Assembly (NCBI GenBank): GCA_964016885.1
Contig: OZ024751.1
Location: 41,354,001 to 41,418,000 of the forward strand
Direction of reading: 5' to 3'
DNA length: 64,000 nt
DNA from: Eledone cirrhosa
Lineage: Eukaryota
In this document: positions 34,801 to 48,589 of the stretch, in pieces
Layout: each line of letters begins with the position of its first letter
Position numbering within the stretch: the stretch's first letter is position 1
Program-made: the position numbers and the translations under genes
Notes under the pieces: generated by a model
Seen by the model: only the letters and a program-made list of their open reading frames with translations
What the model was told of the DNA's origin: nothing
The model's database searches: none

Positions 34801-37535
34801 TAGAGTCATTAGAACGTCAGATAGAATGGTAGAGTGGTTAGAACGTCTGAGAGAGTGGTTCAAACCTCAGATAGAATGGCAGAGTCATTAGAACGTCTGA
34901 GAGAGTGGTTCAAACCTCAGATAGAATGGTAGAGTGGTTAGAACGTCTGAGAGAGTGGTTCAAACCTCAGATAGAATGGTAGAGTCATTAGAACGTCAGA
35001 TAGAATGGTAGAGTGGTTAGAACGTCTGAGAGAGTGGTTCAAACCTCAGATAGAATGGTAGAGTCATTAGAACGTCAGATTGAATGGTAGAGTGGTTAGA
35101 ACGTCAGATAGAATGGTAGAGTGGTTAGAACGTCTGAGAGAGTGGTTCAAACCTCAGATAGAATGGTAGAGTCATTAGAACGTCAGATTGAATGGTAGAG
35201 TGGTTAGAACGTCAGATAGAATGGTAGAGTGGTTAGAACGTCTGAGAGAGTGGTTCAAACCTCAGATAGAATGGTAGAGTCATTAGAACGTCAGATTGAA
35301 TGGTAGAGTGGTTAGAACGTCAGATAGAATGGTAGAGTGGTTAGAACGTCTGAGAGAGTGGTTCAAACCTCAGATAGAATGGTAGAGTCATTAGAACGTC
35401 AGATTGAATGGTAGAGTGGTTAGAACGTCAGATAGAATGGTAGAGTGGTTAGAACGTCTGAGAGAGTGGTTCAAACCTCAGATAGAATGGTAGAGTCATT
35501 AGAACGTCAGATTGAATGGTAGAGTGGTTAGAACGTCAGATAGAATGGCAGAGTCATTAGAACGTCAGATAGAATGGTAGAGTGGTTAGAACGTCTGAGA
35601 GAGTGGTTCAAACCTCAGATAGAATGGTAGAGTCATTAGAACGTCAGATTGAATGGTAGAGTGGTTAGAACGTCTGAGAGAGTGGTTCAAACCTCAGATA
35701 GAATGGTAGAGTCATTAGAACGTCAGATTGAATGGCAGAGTCATTAGAACGTCAGATAGAATGGTAGAGTGGTTAGAACGTCTGAGAGAGTGGTTCAAAC
35801 CTCAGATAGAATGGTAGAGTCATTAGAACGTCAGATAGAGTGGTTCAAACCTCAGATAGAATGGTAGAGTCATTAGAACGTCAGATTGAATGGTAGAGTG
35901 GTTAGAACGTCAGATAGAATGGTAGAGTGGTTAGAACGTCTGAGAGAGTGGTTCAAACCTCAGATAGAATGGTAGAGTCATTAGAACGTCAGATTGAATG
36001 GTAGAGTGGTTAGAACGTCTGAGAGAGTGGTTCAAACCTCAGATAGAATGGTAGAGTCATTAGAACGTCAGATAGAATGGTAGAGTGGTTAGAACGTCTG
36101 AGAGAGTGGTTCAAACCTCAGATAGAATGGTAGAGTCATTAGAACGTCAGATTGAATGGCAGAGTCATTAGAACGTCAGATAGAATGGTAGAGTGGTTAG
36201 AACGTCTGAGAGAGTGGTTCAAACCTCAGATAGAATGGTAGAGTCATTAGAACGTCAGATAGAATGGTAGAGTGGTTAGAACGTCTGAGAGAGTGGTTCA
36301 AACCTCAGATAGAATGGTAGAGTCATTAGAACGTCAGATTGAATGGCAGAGTCATTAGAACGTCAGATAGAATGGTAGAGTGGTTAGAACGTCTGAGAGA
36401 GTGGTTCAAACCTCAGATAGAATGGTAGAGTCATTAGAACGTCAGATTGAATGGCAGAGTCATTAGAACGTCAGATAGAATGGTAGAGTGGTTAGAACGT
36501 CTGAGAGAGTGGTTCAAACCTCAGATAGAATGGTAGAGTGGTTAGAACGTCTGAGAGAGTGGTTCAAACCTCAGATAGAATGGTAGAGTCATTAGAACGT
36601 CAGATAGAATGGTAGAGTGGTTAGAACGTCTGAGAGAGTGGTTCAAACCTCAGATAGAATGGTAGAGTCATTAGAACGTCAGATAGAATGGTAGAGTGGT
36701 TAGAACGTCTGAGAGAGTGGTTCAAACCTCAGATAGAGTGGTAGAGTCATTAGAACGTCAGATTGAATGGCAGAGTCATTAGAACGTCAGATAGAATGGT
36801 AGAGTGGTTAGAACGTCTGAGAGAGTGGTTCAAACCTCAGATAGAATGGTAGAGTCATTAGAACGTCAGATAGAATGGTAGAGTGGTTAGAACGTCTGAG
36901 AGAGTGGTTCAAACCTCAGATAGAATGGTAGAGTCATTAGAACGTCAGATTGAATGGCAGAGTCATTAGAACGTCAGATAGAATGGTAGAGTGGTTAGAA
37001 CGTCTGAGAGAGTGGTTCAAACCTCAGATAGAATGGTAGAGTCATTAGAACGTCAGATTGAATGGTAGAGTCATTAGAACGTCAGATAGAATGGTAGAGT
37101 GGTTAGAACGTCTGAGAGAGTGGTTCAAACCTCAGATAGAATGGTAGAGTCATTAGAACGTCAGATAGAATGGTAGAGTGGTTAGAACGTCTGAGAGAGT
37201 GGTTCAAACCTCAGATAGAATGGTAGAGTCATTAGAACGTCAGATTGAATGGTAGAGTCATTAGAACGTCAGATAGAATGGTAGAGTGGTTAGAACGTCT
37301 GAGAGAGTGGTTCAAACCTCTGATAGAATGGTAGAGTCATTAGAACGTCAGATAGAGTGGTTCAAATCTCAGATAGAATGGTAGAGTCATTAGAACGTCA
37401 GATAGAATGGCAGAGTGGTTAGAACGTCTGAGAGAGTGGTTCAAACCTCAGATAGAATGGTAGAGTCATTAGAACGTCTGATAGAGTGGTTCAAACCTCA
37501 GATAGAATGGTAGAGTCATTAGAACGTCAGATTGA
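31880..37535 (+). repeat. About 5.7-kb satellite of 29-bp and 21-bp monomers forming 79/108-bp higher-order repeats inside a SINE head
   Basis: Monomers ATAGAATGGTAGAGTGGTTAGAACGTCAG and AGAGAGTGGTTCAAACCTCAG; SINE 5' end at 31863 and continuation GGGTTCAAATCCCACCGAGGTCAA at about 37565. Confidence 0.95.
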
Positions 37536-38099
37536 ATTCTTTGAGGTATTCATTCCGGTTCTCTGGGTTCAAATCCCACCGAGGTCAAGCACAATTTATA
37601 TTTAAAAGAGAGGAAAAGTTGGTGAAGACCCCCACCCCCACGCACAACCATACGCCCCAAGGGGAGGGGCACTGATGATTCTCTCTAATAATGTTTAAGA
37701 CTCTTAAGTTTTTATCCAATTATCATAAGATCAATTTCCTAGGTCAAAGTACTAATCTTCGTGACTCATCCATCTTGTGGTATCAAGTACAACTTTCTTT
37801 CATATCTGGAATGAAGTATTAAATCTTGCGTGATTTCAATACATTGTCGTGTGTTATTGTCTTGAGTAGTTGGAGATTATAAGAATAAAATGATAGACCG
37901 ATGTACACATTAAGATCATGAAACAATTTTCTTTCATTGAGAGATTAATTTGAGAAAATCCTGTTTGCTATTTTCCAGCTCAGACAAAATGTTTCTTTGC
38001 ATGTTAAATGAATATAAATGGTAATCTCTCGATATCAGTTTCCTATATAATAATTACATACCTGTAGTATTGTCTCGTTATTTGAACGAAATGTCAAAA

Positions 38100-38252
38100 T
38101 ATGAGGATAGGCTGATTATGAAAGAGTGATGCTAGAGCTGTGAAATCTTCCACGCATTAATTTTTTTCTAGAGATTATGTTAAAAAAAACCTCATTTGGT
38201 CATTCCTTGAGAGTATCTTGTCAGCCTATGATATTTTCAGTCGACTCTCGTA
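38100..38252. mobile_element. Mariner-type MITE, degenerate
   Basis: Shares GAGTGATGCTAGAGCTGTGAAATC and ATTTGGTCATTCC..GAGAGTATCTTG with the 23770 and 42457 copies. Confidence 0.7.
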
Positions 38253-39129
38253 TAAAGTGTATAGATAATGTATGTAGTGTAGCTATATTATATATGTAGT
38301 GTGTATAATATCTATATTATGTATATCATTGTCCTGGGTATGACATTAAACAGCATCCAGTGGCAAGGCTCCAGTTCCGGAGTCCAGGAGGTGTGGGAAA
38401 TGTGGAGTTACCCCTTAGTTGTTATCACTCCCAGGTCTGCTTTGGCTCGGAGTAGTAGTACTTGTTAGGGTCACATTTATGGGTTAAATAATTACCTTAT
38501 TTGAGTGGCGCCGGTAAGGTATTATCATACATTGAAAAGAACCATGGAAAAATCTCGGGAATTTTACCCGCCCTAGATAGATTATGTATATATAGTGTAT
38601 ATAATGTAAATATAAGCAGTTTAAGAGCAACGAAAACTATACAACTCCGAACTATTTTCTTTTATTAACCTTGTGATGAAGGGATTTTATCCCGAAATAT
38701 AAGGACCTATAAAGAACTGCAAGGTAAACACACCAACGTTAGTGTTATCATATTTTTAACACTCACCGCCCAATCCATATTGTGGTAGCTTTCAAACAAA
38801 ACATTATTTTCTACAAATAGAAAAAGTTTAGGATTGCTAACGAATTAATAAAATATTTGTGACAAACACAAATGCACAATAAAGACTTCATTTCAATCTA
38901 TTCTCTTTATTTCTTTAAACTTTTCATTTTTACGTCCCTCACTAGTTTCTTAAAAAAAAAAAAAATTGTATCTGTTTCTTTTTGTTCCTCTTGTGTCTGT
39001 ATTTGCATATCTCCCTCTCACCTCCCTCTCTCGCTTGCATTCTCTCTCCCCCCCCCCCCACCCTCTCTTCCCCTTTCTCTCAGTTTTGATCTTTAGTCTT
39101 ATTCGTTGTGTAATCCAAACACAGCCTAT

Positions 39130-40225
<1,096 letters not shown>

Positions 40226-40939
40226 TAAATATGTGTTCATATTTCTTTAAGAAGTTTAACAAATAATTGATTTCCTGAAGATGTTAAACCAACTTGTAAA
40301 ATATAAAATTCGATACAAAGTCTTAGATTACTAAAATAAAGGTAAAAACAAACCAGAGATGTTTCTGCTGTCAATTTTAACTAAAATATTCATATCCCAA
40401 ATGTATTGCAAGTCACGTTTACGTCGTTTTTCCTAGTTTAGTTGGTTTTATTATTCAGCCAATAATGTTTTCACTTTTAGTGTGAAAGAATCTTAAAGAT
40501 TGTTAATGATTAACAATAAAATATAAAATTAAATTTAAAAAAAAAATAATAAAAAATATTTTTTTTCTTTTTTTTTTAATATATATTTATTTAGAATGAA
40601 AAATATTTTCACCACATGCCCTCGTATAAACAAACAAAAAAGCAAGAACATAAGAACGAAAAAAATAAAGGAAAATGTTTGTTAAAAGAAATGAAATAAA
40701 CATCTTAATGCATATATGATAGTGTAGTTAAACATTAATTCTGGCTTGCAAGAAAATTATTTTATAATCAAAACATGTATTCTTAGTGTCAGCTATAATT
40801 TCAAGTAAATATATGAAAATATATGAATAAAGATGTACTTGTAAGTTTTACTTCTATTAGTCCAATAGAATAAGACGAGCAGATGGTTTGGTGAATATGG
40901 ACGGTTCATAATTCACATCCTGCTACTAGCACTGCAGCA

Positions 40940-41390
40940 GGGCCCCCTTGTGACAGGGGATCCGGGCCCCTGTTTTGTGACAGGGGAACTGGCCTCCTTG
41001 TGACAGGGAAGCTGGCCCCTTCTGACAAGGGAGCTGGCCCCCTGTTTTGTGACAGGGGAGCTGGCCACCCATTTGTGACAGGGAAGCTGGCCCCTGTTTT
41101 GTGACAGGGGTGCTGGCCCCCTGTTTTGTGACAGGGGTGCTGGCCCGCTGTTTTGTGACAGGCGAGCTGGCCCCCTGTTTTGTGACAGGGGAGCTGGCCC
41201 GCTGTTTTGTCACAGTGGAGCTGGCCCCCTGTTTTGTGACAGGGGAGCTGGCCCGCTGTTTTGTGACAGGGGAGCTGGCCCCCTGTTTTGTGACAGGGGA
41301 GCTGGCCCGCTGTTTTGTGACGGGAGCTGGCCCTCTGTTTTGTGACAGGCGAGCTGGCCCCCATGTACAGCGGAGCTGGCCCGCTGACAG
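40940..41390. repeat. 27-bp GC-rich minisatellite (about 16 copies)
   Basis: Unit GTGACAGGGGAGCTGGCCCCCTGTTTT. Confidence 0.93.
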
Positions 41391-41448
41391 CAAGACAGGT
41401 TTGTGTCATTGTGATTAGCTGTTCGCTTTACCGATGTATCAATTGATA

Positions 41449-41624
41449 CAGACCTATAAACTCTCCCCGTCCGACAGGGAGATCTCCCACCCACTTTGGG
41501 GATGAGTGAGAGATGTCTTCTCTGGTGAAAAGGGGTATAGCTTTTATTGTTTAAAATCTCCCCGTTTTGGGGCACTTTTTTCATGGTACCCCCCCCCCCG
41601 TTTGGGTTTTTAAAGGTTGGTCTG
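41449..41624. mobile_element. Short MITE with CAGACC...GGTCTG termini (hAT-like)
   Basis: Terminal inverted CAGACC/GGTCTG; second copy at 21452-22643; TSD not recognisable. Confidence 0.6.
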
Positions 41625-41821
41625 ATTAATGATACCTGCGAGTGTGCTTGGTTATTCCAGCGTTTTATCCTAACTGCCCCATATGGCAATACTGCGCATG
41701 TGTTGGCTTGCCTGAAATATTATTCGAGGGGAAACTCCAGCGCCCCTTGTAGTGACGTGTGATTGAGTGTGCAAGTCTTCTCTCTTCACCTTTTTTTTTC
41801 TTTTATTATTTTTTCTCTTTC

Positions 41822-42012
41822 GATGGATTAGCAGTATCGTTTGAGCTATGGACAAAATGCTTTACGGCATATAGTTACGGCCTGCTGAAGTTAGCTTTGC
41901 CTTTCATCCTTACCTGGTCGATAAAATAAAGTACTAGTAACGCACTGGGATCGATTTAATCAACTTTCTCTTCTTCCAAAATTGCTGGCATTGTGCCTAA
42001 ATCAAAAACTCT
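41822..42012 (+). mobile_element. tRNA-derived SINE
   Basis: CCTTTCATCCTTACCTGGTCGATAAAATAAAGTAC core and family 3' end. Confidence 0.8.
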
Positions 42013-42456
42013 TATTTTTTCTCTTAAAAAAAAAAAAAATAATAAGCACCATCTGCTTGTTGAATAAAATCTATTTCACAAGAAAAAAAAGAGAGAGATA
42101 GGTGGTGGAGGAATTAAAGATTTTTGTATTTAATATCCTTTCAATTGTATTATAAATTGACTACTAATATATTAATATGAACACAACTTGTTGAAACCTG
42201 TAGAAGAGATAACACGATAATTGCATATTAACGCAATCTGGAGTGGAATCTCGCGTGATATGTTATTTAGTTTGCACTTTGTTGATTTATATAGATTAAA
42301 TTTCCCAGGGACACACATTATCTACTGCAGTTAATCCCATCACCATTTGATCAAAAGAATAACATCATTCATGAATTAGGGGTAAAAGAATATTCGCGTG
42401 TATTCAGTATAAAGATCTTCTGATACAGATAAACCTTGTCCTTGATCTGCTCAAAA

Positions 42457-42819
42457 TACGAGGGTCGGATGAAAAGTTCATTGGCTGGCTACGGCTATGA
42501 AGGGGGTGATGCTAGAGCTGTGAAATCTTGCATGCATTAATTTCAACTCTTCATATTCATATAAATAACTGCCTTGTTTCTTTCCAGGGACTATGTTGAA
42601 AAATAAACCCATTTGGCCTTCCATGAAAGTATCTTGATCAACCTATGAAGGAGTGATGTTAGAGCTGTGAAATCTTGCATGCATTAATTTCAACTCTTCA
42701 TATTCATATAAATAACTGCCTTGTTTCTTTCCAGGGATTATGTTGAAAAATAAACCCCATTTGGTCATTCCATGAGAGTATCTTGGTCAGACTATGAACA
42801 GTTTCAGCTGACCTTCGTA
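42457..42819. mobile_element. Mariner-type MITE with an internal tandem duplication of about 150 bp
   Basis: TACGAGGGTCGGATGAAAAGTTCA...TGAACAGTTTCAGCTGACCTTCGTA; body repeated at about 42495 and 42643. Confidence 0.85.
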
Positions 42820-42920
42820 TACAATAAAATGTGAAATACGATCGCGAATATAAGAGTCTAGAACTAGCGGTTGAAACGGCAAGAGCTCAGTCGTCGGGGT
42901 CCCGATTCTTTGTAATATAT

Positions 42921-42952
<32 letters not shown>

Positions 42953-42956
<4 letters not shown>

Positions 42957-43144
42957 CCCGGGTTCAATCGGGGGTAACCACAGTAAGTAAGGTACTCAAT
43001 ACAAAGCAGAGTATAAATATTTAATATAGAAACGCTTCTACAGGACTAGAACTGTTTCATTCGGGAGAAATCATCAGGGCTTCCTGGTGATTTCTCCCGA
43101 ATGAAACAGTTCTAGTCCTGTAGAAGCCTTTCTATATTAAATAT
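42953..43144. mobile_element. (TA)n-flanked tail-arm-loop-arm element with a truncated hammerhead-like core
   Basis: About 62-bp arms; minus strand CTGATGA-tttctcccgaat-GAAAC-agttcta-GTC; stem I partner missing. Confidence 0.65.
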
Positions 43145-43183
43145 ATATATACATATATATATATGTATGCGCATGTGTGCATA

Positions 43184-43224
<41 letters not shown>

Positions 43225-44006
43225 GCGTATATGTGCGAATAGGTGTATATGTATGTGAGAGAGTGCCATCTACTCTTCTATTTCTAAAGTTTAAACAATG
43301 AATAGACCAGTTTGCTCAGCTCGTTAGTTAGATACTGCCTCGTACAGTATTGTGCTTTGTATGATAAAAATATGCGTTAAAATCGTTACCTTATCCATTA
43401 GTCCATTACATTTTAATTTGTTTTACAGCCCCCTGCCTTCCAACAACAATTCTGCAGAAACAATTATTTTCCTCATTCTTCCTGTTTTACCTTCCCTTGT
43501 ATAAACTTTTACATTTATTTTCTATTTTCATTGATTTTTCTTTGGAATTTTTCTTGTGGCAAAATGAATTCTTTTTTTACCTCTTCCTTATGTTTTTGAA
43601 AAAATTATTTTACATTCTAGTCTCTGTTTACAAAATAAACAATTCCACACGCCAAATTCTTGTTTTATTTTCGGTAGTTCAATTAAACATCTGCGCCAAG
43701 TATGAAGGATAAAAGACCCAACCACAATCATTTTCTCCCCCACAAAATAAATCTCTGTGAGCAGATTTATTTCCTGGAAATGACCGCTTCTCCGATAGTT
43801 TGTTCTCAACATATCTTTTCCTCAAATGTTTGATGTTTTGTTTTCACCCTAAAGATGTCTTTATTTCTTCGAACATTAGGTCATAATTTTGATCTCCCTC
43901 TTACAATGTGGAGTCAAGGTCAATATTGGGCTTTGAAACCTTATGTAGCAGTTTTATTCCGTGTATGAACACAAATAAATTATATATATATGTATACGTA
44001 TATGTA

Positions 44007-44618
<612 letters not shown>

Positions 44619-44705
44619 GGCGTGGGATGCTTAAAGCGTCCGTATGCGGTAGGCCGTTTGAGCACTCGATGCTCTTACCTTTGGAAACTCTGCTTCGAAG
44701 AATCG

Positions 44706-44802
44706 AGACGTATCTGAGGATCTTGCGATTTCAGAGTCAGGTTCGATCATGGCATCGATCGTGCCTCGAGCTGATCGTCAGAGAAACGATTGCAATATGT
44801 CT
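44706..44802 (+). ncRNA. Degenerate minimal hammerhead motif (UH reads CA) in (TA)n element 44617-44838
   Basis: agacgtat-CTGAGGA-tct...aga-GAAA-CGATTG-CA-atatgtct; 8-bp stem I. Confidence 0.6.
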
Positions 44803-44953
44803 AATACATTTTAATTCGTCGCACCACTGTTTCTGCGTATATGTATGTATATATATATATATATGTTTGTATGTATATATATATATGTATGCGTATACGT
44901 ATATATATATATATATATATATGTTTGTATGTATATATATATATATGTATGCG

Positions 44954-45023
<70 letters not shown>

Positions 45024-45025
45024 TG

Positions 45026-45065
<40 letters not shown>

Positions 45066-45164
45066 TGTATGTATATATATATATGTATGCGTATATGTAT
45101 ATATATATATGTATATATATATATAATATATAAGAACAAAAGATGGTTAAAAGAGTTCCATGTA

Positions 45165-45231
45165 TTTTATTATGCGCATTTCAAAAACAAATATCATCAT
45201 GCAATAATATTTGTGTTTTCATCAGATAAAA
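45165..45231 (-). ncRNA. Intact minimal type I hammerhead ribozyme motif in (TA)n element 45122-45441
   Basis: ttttat-CTGATGA-aaacacaaatattatt(gcat)gatgatatttgttttt-GAAA-TGCGCA-TA-ataaaa: all core nucleotides present, 16-bp stem II (one mismatch, two G.U), perfect palindrome in helix III. Confidence 0.85.
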
Positions 45232-45462
45232 CAGGAAGACATGATATGAAGGTTAAAAAACACTTGTGGATAGTTCAGTTTTAAATCAACATATTGAAAT
45301 GCGCATAATAAAATATATGGAACTCTTTTAACCATCTTTTGTTCTTATATATTATATATACTCCAGTCCTACAAACTGTAGAGTGCTTCTTATCCGATAT
45401 CTGCATTGCTTTATTGTACTACAATAAAACTCACCTCCTACATATATATATATATGTATGCG

Positions 45463-45504
<42 letters not shown>

Positions 45505-46132
45505 ATGGTGAAAGCATTTCCGTGGTGAACAGCCACCGACACCCGCTGCATCAGCCATTCAACCTTACAGGGATCCTTCCTAACACGGGGTGGCAGGCCT
45601 ACCGATGTTTGCAGCGGGAATCAGTAGTCTGAGGACAAACAGACAAACGGAGGTTTCAATGATGAGCGGCACGAAAAGGAAGCGGTCGGTCAATGCTCAA
45701 TACCTTTCTCATCCGCATTAGGGGCTGTAGTACCCGGGTCTGTGGCCGAAGCGACAACATCTGCAATTTAGTCGATCTTACGACCTCGACTGTGAATATA
45801 TAAAGTCCCCTGGCAGAGTGTCAACATAGAGAATAAAAGAAATTTCAACGAAGTTATATAAATCATATTGTCTGAAACTCAAACATTGTGTGCCAACTTA
45901 CCATTCTTCGCAACAATTATAATATACGTCATACGGTGAATTTAATTATTTGGTGATTAACTCCCAGATTCTTATTGGCACAGAACACCTTATAAAAATA
46001 AACAGAACTTTTCTTTGAATCTTGATTAAGTCAAAACAATATATCCCACGATTATATACATAGATGGCAGAGAAACTTGCAGAATTCCATTCCATTCTCC
46101 CAATATTATTGTCATTATTTAATTTATTGTAA

Positions 46133-46900
46133 GGCGGTGGATTGGCAGTATCGGTAGAGGGTCGGACGCCATGCTTTGCAGCATAGAGTTACGGCTCTTT
46201 ATGATCTGAGTTCAAATCCCGCCGAGGTTAACTTTGCCTTTCATCCTTACGGGGTCGATAAAATAAAGTACCAGTCACGCACTGGGTCGATTTAATCGAC
46301 TTTCCCCTCCCCCAAAATTACTGGCCTTGTGCCAATATAAGAAACCATTATTTAATTTATTGTAAGGCGGTGGATTGGCAGTATCGGTAGAGGGTCGGAG
46401 ACCATGCTGTGCAGCAAAGAGTTACGGCCCTTTATAATCTGAGTTCAAATCCCGCCGAGGTTAACTTTGCCTTTCATCCTTACGGGGTCGATAAAATAAA
46501 GTACCAGTAATACACTGGAATAATTGCTGGCCTTGTGCCAAAAGTAGAAACAATTATTTAATTTATTGTAGGGCGGTGGATTGGCAGTATCGCTAGAGGG
46601 TCGTACGTCATGCTTTGTAGCATAGAGTTACGGCCCTTTATGATCTGAGTTCAAAACCCGCCGAGGTTAACTTTGCCTTTCATCCTTACGGGGTCGATAA
46701 AATAAAGTACCAGTCACGCACTGGGGTCGATTTAATCGACTGTCCCATGCCCCCAAAATTGCTGGCCTTGTGCCTATATAAGAAACCATTATTTAATTCA
46801 TAGTCGATAAAATAAAGTACCAGTAATGCACTGGGGTAATTGCTGGCCTTGTGCCAAAAGTAGAAACAATTATTTAATTTATAGGGCGGTAGATTGTCAG
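46133..46900 (+). mobile_element. Head-to-tail array of three full tRNA-derived SINEs plus partial copies
   Basis: GGCGGTGGATTGGCAGTATCG starts at 46133, 46366 and 46572; A and B boxes plus a conserved central CCTTTCATCCTT..GGGGTCGATAAAA segment resembling the Nin/Deu-type SINE core. Confidence 0.92.
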
Positions 46901-47002
46901 AATCGATAGAGCTACCTTCCTTAATGAAATCCTTGAGCCTGATACTGAGAAATAAAGTTGTTAATACTACGTTCAATTTTTATTAGGGTCAAACAAAAGG
47001 GC

Positions 47003-47440
47003 CGTATCGGTAGAGCGTCGGACACCGTATATATCCGACCCTCTTATTATGAGCAGATCACGGAGAAGATTGTATCTGTATCAGAAGATCTTTATCCTGA
47101 ATACACGCGAATTTTTTTTACCCCCAATTCATAAATGATGTTATTGTTTTGATCACATGGTGATGGGATTAACGGCAGTAGATAATGTGTGTCCCTAGGA
47201 AGTTTAATCTATATAAATCAACAAAGTGCAAACTAAATAACATAATCACGCGAGATTTCACTCCAGATTGCGTTAATATGCAATTGTCGAGTTATTTCTT
47301 CTGCAGGTTTCAACAAGTTGTAGCAAGTAGTTACGTCTCTTTACGTTCTGAGTTCAAATCCCACCAAGGTTAGCTTTGCCTTTCATCCTTACCAGGTCGA
47401 TAAAATGAAGTACCAATCACGCAACGGGGTCGATTTAATA
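47003..47440 (+). mobile_element. SINE interrupted by an inverted copy of 42183-42470
   Basis: SINE head ends at about 47028 and resumes at about 47322. Confidence 0.8.
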
Positions 47441-47449
47441 TAAAACACT

Positions 47450-47675
47450 TTAACCCTTTAGGATTTAAACCGGCCGTATTCGGCCAGAATTCTCTCACCT
47501 CTTTCTGTTCAAAGCAGCCACAATCCTCCACCCATACCAATGTTAAGGTATTGTTCGCAAAATAAATATCAAAATCTCATAGGTTCGATATTATATGAGA
47601 TAATTAGGTGAGATAAAGCCTTTACCGTGAAAATACAAGAGTAAATATAGAGTAATGTGAATGCTAAAGGGTTAA
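47450..47675. mobile_element. piggyBac-like MITE
   Basis: TTAA-CCCTTTAG...CTAAAGGG-TTAA. Confidence 0.85.
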
Positions 47676-47984
47676 AACAAATAGTTTTGTATTGTAAAAC
47701 TAGTTTCAGGGGGTTTGGTATCAAAAGTGTTGATAGCTTTTTAAAGTATATTTTACTATTAGGATTATATTTGGGGGGAGCAGACACATTATTAGCTCTG
47801 GTGTGTGTCTTTAACGTAGAATTAATAGTTAAGAACAGGGACCATTTCTAGCAATAGATAAAGTGTTCATATTCTTAAATAGAAGCAATGGGGGACCTAA
47901 TTCGGTGAGGGGACCCGGAAACATCACCCTCTCTCTCTCTGCCCTTTTACAAATCTGATTTTGAGCATATTTGTGGGCGCGTGC

Positions 47985-48027
47985 ACGTTGTGTGTGTGTG
48001 TGTGTGTGTGCCTGTGTGTGTGTGTGC

Positions 48028-48096
<69 letters not shown>

Positions 48097-48101
48097 TGCG
48101 T

Positions 48102-48132
<31 letters not shown>

Positions 48133-48178
48133 AGTGTGTGTGTGTGTGTGTGTCTGCGTGTGTCTGTGTGTGCGTGTG
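47985..48178. repeat. (TG)n microsatellite
   Basis: Direct reading. Confidence 0.97.
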
Positions 48179-48589
48179 AAATATAGACAATGACACCTCA
48201 GATATTTACAGAGAAACAAACATTTGAATGCAGATTGGGATTCAAAGACGGGTAGTAACTGTGAAACACAGAGAGTAGATAAAAGGTAAGAGAGAGATAG
48301 AATGAGAGAAAGTGAGGCTGAGCAATACATGTGATGTCAGGTAGCTGTGGATTGTCATAGTAACCATTTGAAAGTTCTCCATTAAGTAGAAATACTTCTA
48401 TATTCTGCTCTCCAATTATTTGTATTACGTCAAATACAAACCTTGCAGCAGAATTTAAAAAAACATACATTTGAAGTATTCTATATAGTTTTCATATTTT
48501 CTTTTCAATGGCTATATGATACATTTATACCTCAGTACACACACACTTACACTTGCAACTACACACACAAACAGGTGCAGACATATAAG

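Noticed and set aside
31880-37535. CRISPR-like look of the short repeat arrays (also 2610-3835, 11505-12531, 40940-41390)
   Set aside because: No unique spacers, no cas genes, eukaryotic context; these are tandem satellites.
40906-41689. Cys/His-containing ORFs (CHKTGGQLP repeats) as a metal-binding protein
   Set aside because: 27-bp minisatellite open in several frames on both strands; no supporting exon structure.
45620-45700. CTGAGGA...GAAA as another hammerhead
   Set aside because: No convincing stem II or stem I pairing and no palindromic loop followed by UH.
46133-46230. tRNA genes suggested by A and B boxes
   Set aside because: No cloverleaf; the boxes belong to multi-copy SINE heads followed by a SINE body.
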